A program made the translations under genes and the position numbers. The notes beneath the pieces were generated by a model, which saw only the letters and a program-made list of their open reading frames with translations, made no database searches and had not been told where the DNA came from. A stretch of 57,927 bases of DNA, the filler included, from Jimgerdemannia flammicorona (lineage: Eukaryota), in assembly GCA_003990765.1 (NCBI GenBank). It is 2 parts of 2 records of this genome, joined end to end, with 100 filler letters (N's around TTAATTAATTAA, not from the genome) between each part and the next. Parts side by side here need not be neighbours in the genome. Positions count along the whole stretch, not along the records: positions 29,015 to 57,927 come from RBNJ01000535.1; 1 more part is not named here. The stretch is one strand, 5' to 3'. This document shows positions 50,801 through 57,927 of this stretch, one piece after another (within the stretch, counting starts at the first letter, position 1; each line of letters opens with the position of its first letter).

Positions 50801-52035
50801 TTTGATACTATCTCCCTTATATTCTCTCCCAGGTGACTCAATCCAGTTATACTCTCTTGCCATTCACCATCTCTACTACCATCTTAGCCTCAAACTCCTT
50901 CCAGATGAACCTTCTCTTCTCTACTATATCAGCCAGGTCTTCTAATATATATCTCTAGTAATACCTCCTCCTCCTCCTCCTCTAGTATCTTCTTTACTCT
51001 TAAGACATTATACTCCACTGGTCCCCACTTAAGTATCACCAGTTAATCTCTTTCTTTCCCAGTATTCTCCTTATCTACCAGTCTTATCTTGATATCTATA
51101 TCTCTAGTTCTAAACTCTATACCTTCCCAGACCCAGAATCTAATATTGACTACATTTCTATACTTCTTGATGATATCAACAATCAGTCTCTTAACAACAT
51201 TCTTCTTTACTATAAGTACATTTGCCACCATCAGCTACACCACCCTGGGGTCTCAGTATAAGTACCAAGCTATTGGGATTACCACACCTCCAACCACCAC
51301 TCTTTTCTTCAATACTCCCAATATCAAGTCCTCTTTCTCAAAGTCTATCTCTACTTCTTTCAGTTTCTTCAAGAACTTCACTATGACTGCCCCTTTTACC
51401 TTTTGGGCCAGAAGCTCCAGAACTATTTTTACTATAAATGCTAAGCCCCAGAAGTACAAAGAGATAGCAAATTCAGATACTAATTTCTTGAGTAATAGTG
51501 TTACCACCAGACCCAATATACTATCAGCCAGATTCTTCAGCCTCATTCCTCTTTTCTGCCTAGTCTTATCATCCATTTACACATCTGGATTTTTTCTAGA
51601 TTAGTAGTCCCTCCTCTATCAGCAGTCCTCCTCCTCCCCCAGCCACTACTTCTTCAGCTCCATCACTACTACTATCTGGGGCCACCCCCCTAGGACCAGC
51701 TGCTCTCTCCTTCTCTTTATCTTCCTACAGCCAACCCTCTAGGCTCATCAATAGATGTCCAGCCTTGACCTTATCAATAAAGCTCACCTTCCTCATTCCA
51801 CACCCACCAGAACTACTATTTCTCTCTTGATATTTATCTGAAAGAGAGCCCAATAGACTCTCTCCCAAGTTATGACTCTACTCAATATATTGTCAGTTGA
51901 AAGTACTAGGGCCACTCTGTCTAGCACACACCTTAGAGTTAATGTTAGATTCTATATTACTATTATCTTTTCTTCAAAAGTTATATTAAAAGTATTATTA
52001 AACGTTTATATAACCTGAGTGATACTGAAAAAAAA
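47845..52035 (-). mobile_element. LINE-C: same L1/Tx1-like family, 3'-truncated and degenerate
   Basis: ORF1 VLLLKK..EFAI..YFWGL..IVKIVL matches LINE-A; RIFSMNINKL; VFLDQEKAY; VLQGNPLSPIFY; GAFAD. The 5' UTR resembles 24850-24940. Confidence 0.85.
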
Positions 52036-52039
52036 ATAG

Positions 52040-53741
52040 ATATGAATATTGGTATACTATTTATAAGACCTATTTCTTAAATATACTGCTCAAACTTTAG
52101 TTTTGGAAGAGCTTTAGTAAGTAAATTGGTAATTGTATACTCTGTGAGAATATATTTCAAATATAGTACCTTTTCTATATATTTTTATATAAAATAATAC
52201 TGTATATCAATATATTTTATATTACTATGATATATTTAATTCTTAGTAAGTACTATTATTGATTGATTACCTTATTTAATTAGCATATCATTCTTCTGAG
52301 TGAAGCTGAGCTCTTTATATAGTTTGTAAAGCTAAATAGTTTTTTGTTATACATGAAAATACTTAGTACTCTGCCTATATTGATAATATTACTATAGATG
52401 ATTACTTATATATTTGTTATGAAATTATAGACCCTTTACTGTTTTTGTCAATGTGGAAGAGATACTCAGTTATAGATTAGTAGTCATCTAAATATCTGTT
52501 CAATTGATACATATCATATACACTAGATAGTCAGATATCATTTTTCTTATCATTGCTTCCACTTAATCTAATATCACTACTACTCAATATAAGTATATAG
52601 TATACTGATCTCTTTAAGTATCTGAGATATTTTTAACAGTACTTTAATATAAATTATCATAATAAGAGGAATACTGTACTATTTATTTATAGTATATAAT
52701 AGATCAGGTCATTCTTAGTATGAGATATATAAGAGGACTGACTGCTTGCTGATAGAGAATATTTTTGTCATTATCTTTAGTACTGTTTTTAGTGAGTATA
52801 TTGTAATCATTCTTGAGTATAGTATTCAACTTTCTTAACTTTACAGAATTATCTATAAGATATGTATTTATTAAAATTAAAATATTTGAGGATTATTTGA
52901 GTATATATCACTTATGAGAGATATATTATATATATATTTCTATTATATATAATAAATATCTCTAAAAGAAAGAAGGTATTACCTATATTTATTATTATGA
53001 ATTCTTAGTATAAGACTTCTTTAACCACATTAAGTCTATTCTTATAAATAATAATGATAATATTATTCATCTATATACTAATGAATACTATACTTCCATT
53101 ATCATAATACTAGATATATATATAATTGTCTGTTTTGTAATATGGGAATCTATTATTAAGGAGATATTTATTAATTCTTTTATTCTATAATTATACCACT
53201 TACTTAATACTATATGGTTTATTATATAATCTATATATAAGCTTACTGTTTTTATATCCTTGTAGTTGATGGATATATAGTTCAATATCTATAACATTAT
53301 TCAAGTATGCTGTCTTTATATCTATTTGATAGATTTTGCTATTATATACCATACTAATTATAAAGAGTATTCTAAATAATATAAGCTTAAATATAGATAA
53401 AAAGTTTCATTATAGTCTATACTATAATTTTGTGAGTAACTCTTAGTAATTAAATAAGCTTTATATTATTCTATATTTTCATCATTCTTATGCTTAATTT
53501 TAAGACTCACTTTGATCCAAATATTTAGTAATTTAGCTGAAGAAATATTAAATTATATATACTATTCTAGATAAGTGAATCATATTTTTCATCTATAGCT
53601 TATTTCTATTTCTTATAATCAGAGCTAATTATAGTCTTTTGTAAGTATTTAGCTTGCTAAAGATATTGTAATATATATATATTGATATGATTTGATATAG
53701 CCTATATAGTTCTGTTATTGCTATTTAGAGCTTGCTGATAT
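52040..53741 (-). mobile_element. Highly degenerate Copia RT/RNase H relic
   Basis: Minus translation KSYSQNYSIDYNETF, IYQIDIKTAYLN, YQQAVSPLIYL, KYIDIQY. Confidence 0.8.
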
Positions 53742-55282
53742 TGTAACAGTGACCCCAGAATGATGACATTAGTACAGGAGACAGCCTTTCCTTACAAGCC
53801 ACCAGATCGGAGCACAAGAAGATTATATGGCATATGAGATGAGCAATGATGACCAACTGTAAGTCATTGTGACTATAGCACAAGCATCCTGAAGAATATA
53901 AAAGAAGGATCAAGGAACTACAGTAGTAGCAACCAATAAGAACCACCAATCCCAAAATAGCTCAAAGACTTACTATAAACAAAATGCCTGGTGCCTGCCA
54001 AACCTCAAGGTCAAGGAATTATCAAGGTATCACAGTCGAGGAAAGGATGTTCCAAGACATCAGAAGAGCTATAAGGACCCACTCAAGAAGGACTCCTAGT
54101 GTCAACCTGAGTACTGCAGACCCCTATCACTTTATTCTCTACCACCACGAAATGGAAACAAGGATCACCATCGCCACCAAATGCCTCTAAATGTGGCAGG
54201 AATATGAAATAGGAAACCTCCTCTGCCAGGAGTTCCCACAGGCCAGCCCTCAAGAGCTACAAGATACCACTCCCATGGACCTACATGAGGCAAGGACAGC
54301 AAAGAAGATCCATCAGATCTTCAGGCATGCACCATGGTCGATCCCCAACTTGGAGTATGTTAGAGTCTCAGACTTCAGAGACTTGTCATCCCACCATATC
54401 AATGCACTAGAAACCAGGGTAGCCACAGAAGCCCAGTCCACTATCACCCTCAACAGTGAAGAAGTAGAAGACTTCTGGTACCCTATCCTTCAGGACAACC
54501 CAGACCAATTCCTGCAAGGATTGATCTCAGTATTCCAATACCCAAGCATCCAGGTTAGATCTCCCCAAGACCCCACATTTGTCCCCTATTTTGTGGAAGA
54601 GAACCTCATAGACTAGAGAGCTCCAGATCTTGTCCTCGATTTCCCCACTGAACGTGATGATGTCATCAGTGATGACGTCATCCCACGTGACATATCCGAA
54701 GCACGCAAAGAACATGAAATGTATGACAACGAAGTACACAAGACACACGGCCTGCACAATGAATTCGTGGACCTCATCTCCTTCAGTGATGATGATGATG
54801 AAGCTTCCATGGTCCTGAACTTTCTGCTCTAGGTTCTTTGTTACACTGGATAATGCCAGCACCAGTATTCTTATATAATACTGGATAATGCCAGCACTGA
54901 TATTCTGAGGTGACGCGAAATTGTTCCAGCACTGGTATTTTGATTTGATACTAAATAATGCCAGCCCTGGAACTTAGTAGTTTTAATTATTGGAATTTAT
55001 ATTTAGCTTTATATCTTAGTAACTATTGAATTATATTTTGTATAAATACCTCTCTTATTTCCTCTGAAATAAAGTCAGTCAAGTTCTGGTTTCACTTACA
55101 CACACTTCCTTGCAAGCAATCTAAGAGATAACAAGATAGTTAAAGATAAGAAGTTTGAGGACTATAAGACCTTAGAAAGGCACTCCAATAAGAACTTGCT
55201 TATAACAACTTGAGTTAGTCTAAGAGATACACCTTGAAGAGAATCTGGCATATTTGAAGGACTCAGCAACCACTACATAACA
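53742..55282 (+). repeat. Putative Gypsy-4 5' LTR (~1.54 kb) containing an ORF, tandem enhancer-like repeats, TATA and AATAAA
   Basis: TGT...ACA bounded by the PBS; repeats actggataatgccagcac at 54843-54970; TATAAATA 55041; AATAAA 55068. The partner LTR is outside the window. Confidence 0.7.
53984..54832 (+). pseudogene. ORF in the putative Gypsy-4 LTR (U3), unknown protein, >=282 aa
   Basis: ORFs 53984-54190 and 54191-54616 and the continuation to TAG 54832 share one frame, with only two internal stops (TAA, TAG). Acidic end ...VDLISFSDDDDEASMVLNFLL. Confidence 0.72.
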
Positions 55283-55285
55283 ACT

Positions 55286-55299
55286 TGGTGCCCATTGGC
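55286..55299 (+). promoter_or_regulatory. Gypsy-4 primer-binding site (tRNA-His-like, TGGTGCC...)
   Basis: TGGTGCCCATTGGC lies 3 nt after ...ATAACA; the same site occurs in Gypsy-2. Confidence 0.6.
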
Positions 55300-55403
55300 T
55301 AGTGATTCAAGATGAATCCCTTGCTTTCAAGCTGAAAAATGAACAACCCCCACAACAACTACCTTGACTACAAGAGTCACCCCCTGCAAGAATTCAAGAC
55401 AAA

Positions 55404-57927
55404 ATAGAAATATGCCCACCCACATTCTATGGATATACTACTTAAGGGTCAATCCTGACCTTCATTGAAGACTTTGAACAATTCACCGCCATACAAGCCC
55501 TTGGTGTGGATGCTCAATTGGCCCTTCTACCAGTCAGCCTCAGAGAACCTGCCAGAGACAAGTTCAATGTAGCCACCATTGCTGATACTGGTGCAGCCAA
55601 ACTTGCCAACATGAAGACCTTCCTCAGAACAACATATTATACTAAAGAGATCAAGCAAGCTCTCAAGAATCAACTCAATACTATCTGCCAGGGACTTAGT
55701 GAAGATCCCAACTCATTCTATACCCAAATTTGCCACCAGATTGTCTTGGCTGGCTATGATGATCACCTCAAGGAACAAATAGCAGATTCAATCTTCCTCA
55801 AAGGAGTTCACCCTGAAATTGCCCTAGCAATTCGGTCTACCCCAGCTGCACTGACCCTTGATCAGAAAGTTGTCTTTGCACAGAGATATTGGACTGCCAG
55901 ACACCCTGCTGAACACTCAATGGAGAAAATAACTGGTATCAAGATAGAGCCATCAAAGCCAACTAGTATCTTACCTACCACAGTTGTAAACAGACAACCA
56001 AACCCACCTAGCCCCAAGACAGCCAAAGCTGACCCAGTGGAAGAACTTGCCAAGCAGTTCACCGAGATGACTGCACACCTTGGTGATGTTGTTAGAGAAG
56101 TCCAAAGCACCAACAGGAGACCAGTATAGAGATTTGCAGCTGCTACAGAAGAACACAATAACATCACATGCTTCAGATGTGGAGAAGAAGGCCACTATGC
56201 AAAGAATTGCATGACTGAAACAAGATGCAAAGCCCAACCAAGCAATGCTAGCAGAACCAGAGAACAAACCAATGCAGTAGTCATTGAGGAGATTGGTGAC
56301 ACTGATGATGAAGAGTACTATGAGGAGCTCGAATTCTACCCTGCTACTGAAGGTACCAGAATCCAGGCCAAGCCCTATGACAAGAAGAGCAATAGCAAGC
56401 CAGTTGGAAGACCAAAAAAGACTCCAGCTGTCACTATTCAAAGCAAGACCCAACATGAGGAGATTGATCAAGACATGGAGTTAGATGAGGCTGCCTGCCA
56501 AATCATCAAAGGTACTACTCCAGTCTCAGGAGAAAGCGAGAGCAAGAAGGAACAGAAGCTGTGCAAGACCAAGATCCATCAGTATGATATCTACAAGGAC
56601 CTCAAGGAACAGAAGGTCAATGCCACTTTTGGGCAGCTAGCTGAAGTCCCTGCCTTCAGACAGCAGTTGAGAGTAGGACTTGCAACTACTGTCAAGAATC
56701 AAGAGTACAAGATTGTAGAAGCTCACAATGCACAAGAAGAATCTGAGAACTCAGGTGAAGAATCCGAAGACCAGTGCAAGACATCAGCCTATACCCCTTG
56801 CCAGATCGAAGACTGTATCTTTGATGCCATCATTGATACTGGTGCTGGAGGATGCCTCATGAGCAAGAAGGCAATTGATCACCTAGGTTGGGACATTGAA
56901 GAGTCCACCAAGATGGTCTATGTCACAGCAGACAGTACACGAGCTACCCCCCTTGGCAAAATCTGAGAAGTCCCCATCAAGATAGGAGGAGCTACCATCC
57001 CAGTAGACATGATTGTTACAAGCGCCACCAACTATGACATCCTCATTGGCAACCAATGGCTTCACAAGGCCAAGGCTATCATTGACCTCAATGCCCAGAA
57101 GATGCAGATCAACTATAGAGGGAGAAAGGTATGAGTTTCTATCAATATCCACAAAGGAGTCCTGCCAGACATGGCAGAAGGAGATGAAGAAGACACAGAG
57201 GTCTTCATGCACTTGGTGAATAAGAACAAGAACAAGAACAAGACACCCAAGCTCACAGATGAGCAGTAGTATAACAAGATCATCGATGGGTATGCCCCTC
57301 AAGGAAGATGTCCCCATGGTACTAGAATATACTGCTCCGAACACCTGAATGACTGCTGGTCCTGTATCAGCGAAGTCAGGAAAATCCGCCAATGAAAATA
57401 TGAGCAAGAAGCTGCCGAAGCAAAAAGGAAAGCTGAAGAAGATGACCAGCCCCCAGAGCTTCAAGCTGACAGTGACAATGAGGAGGAACAAGAACCAGAC
57501 ATCACTCTCAAGGTCAAGAAGTTTCACCCTGAAGCCAAGATCCCAGAATACAAGACTGAAGGAGCCATAGGAATGGATCTTGCCAGCATCCAAGATGCTA
57601 CCCTTGAACCACAGACCACTACCCTACTTGGCACTGGAATTGGAGTCAAGCTGTCAGAAAACCATGCCGGAATTATCAAGACCAGGAGCAGTCTGGCCAA
57701 AAGTGAAATCTCAGTTAAAGGAGGAGTAATTGACCCAGATTACACTGGTGAGATTTTTCTCATAGTCAGAAATCACAACCACACCACCCCCTTTGAAGTC
57801 AAGAAGCATGACAGGATTGGCCAGATGCTGATCCACGAAATCAAGAAGCCCAAGATCATAGAGGCCACTGAACTTATCAAGACCAAGAGAGGAGAACAAG
57901 GCTTTGGATCTACTGGAAGAGGAGCCT
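55404..57927 (+). pseudogene. Gypsy-4 gag-protease-dUTPase polyprotein (single frame, few nonsense mutations)
   Basis: PPTFYGY, CFRCGEEGHYAKNC knuckle, DAIIDTGAGG, ILIGNQWL. Stops are consistent with mutated CGA/CAG/CAA/TGG. Confidence 0.92.
57507..57915 (+). CDS. Intact trimeric dUTPase domain within Gypsy-4 pol
   Basis: All five motifs are present: AIGMDL, KTRSSLA, GVIDPDYTGEI, DRIGQML, RGEQGFGSTG. Confidence 0.93.

Larger units (their letters stand above)
53742..57927 (+). mobile_element. Gypsy-4: younger dUTPase-bearing Ty3/Gypsy element, running off the window
   Basis: Abrupt compositional switch at TGTAACA 53742; PBS at 55286; single-frame gag-PR-dUTPase; homologous to Gypsy-2. Confidence 0.9.

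Noticed and set aside
56883..57593. 236-aa minus-strand ORF (and similar S/T/F/L-rich antisense ORFs in the LINEs, e.g. 24053-24598 and 51089-51604)
   Set aside because: Antisense shadows of TE coding regions.

Overview
Eukaryotic genomic DNA, most likely fungal. The intron structure and gene type suggest an early-diverging, Mucoromycota-like fungus (inference only). Two contigs are joined by an artificial 100-bp spacer (44N-TTAATTAATTAA-44N, 28915-29014). The only host gene is a 6-exon kelch-repeat single-pass membrane protein (894-3281, minus strand). Almost everything else is nested retroelements riddled with C>T/G>A transitions. Left contig: a dUTPase-bearing Ty3/Gypsy element (5238-26639, TSD ATAC) contains a full Copia, a full L1-like LINE, two truncated LINE tails and a foldback element. 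Right contig: (i) an intact, CpG-rich, endonuclease-less Penelope-like RT with a hairpin cassette, fused to a broken dUTPase-Gypsy; (ii) a chromovirus whose 2-kb LTRs each carry a ~320-365-codon ORF; (iii) further LINE and Copia relics; (iv) a younger dUTPase-Gypsy whose putative 5' LTR also carries an ORF. The most novel-looking signals are the LTR(U3)-encoded accessory ORFs with acidic tails, the EN-minus Penelope element with its strand-asymmetric mini-hairpin cassette, and RIP-like CpG/CpA hypermutation that fades at block edges. All calls come from manual reading and translation; no database searches were run.
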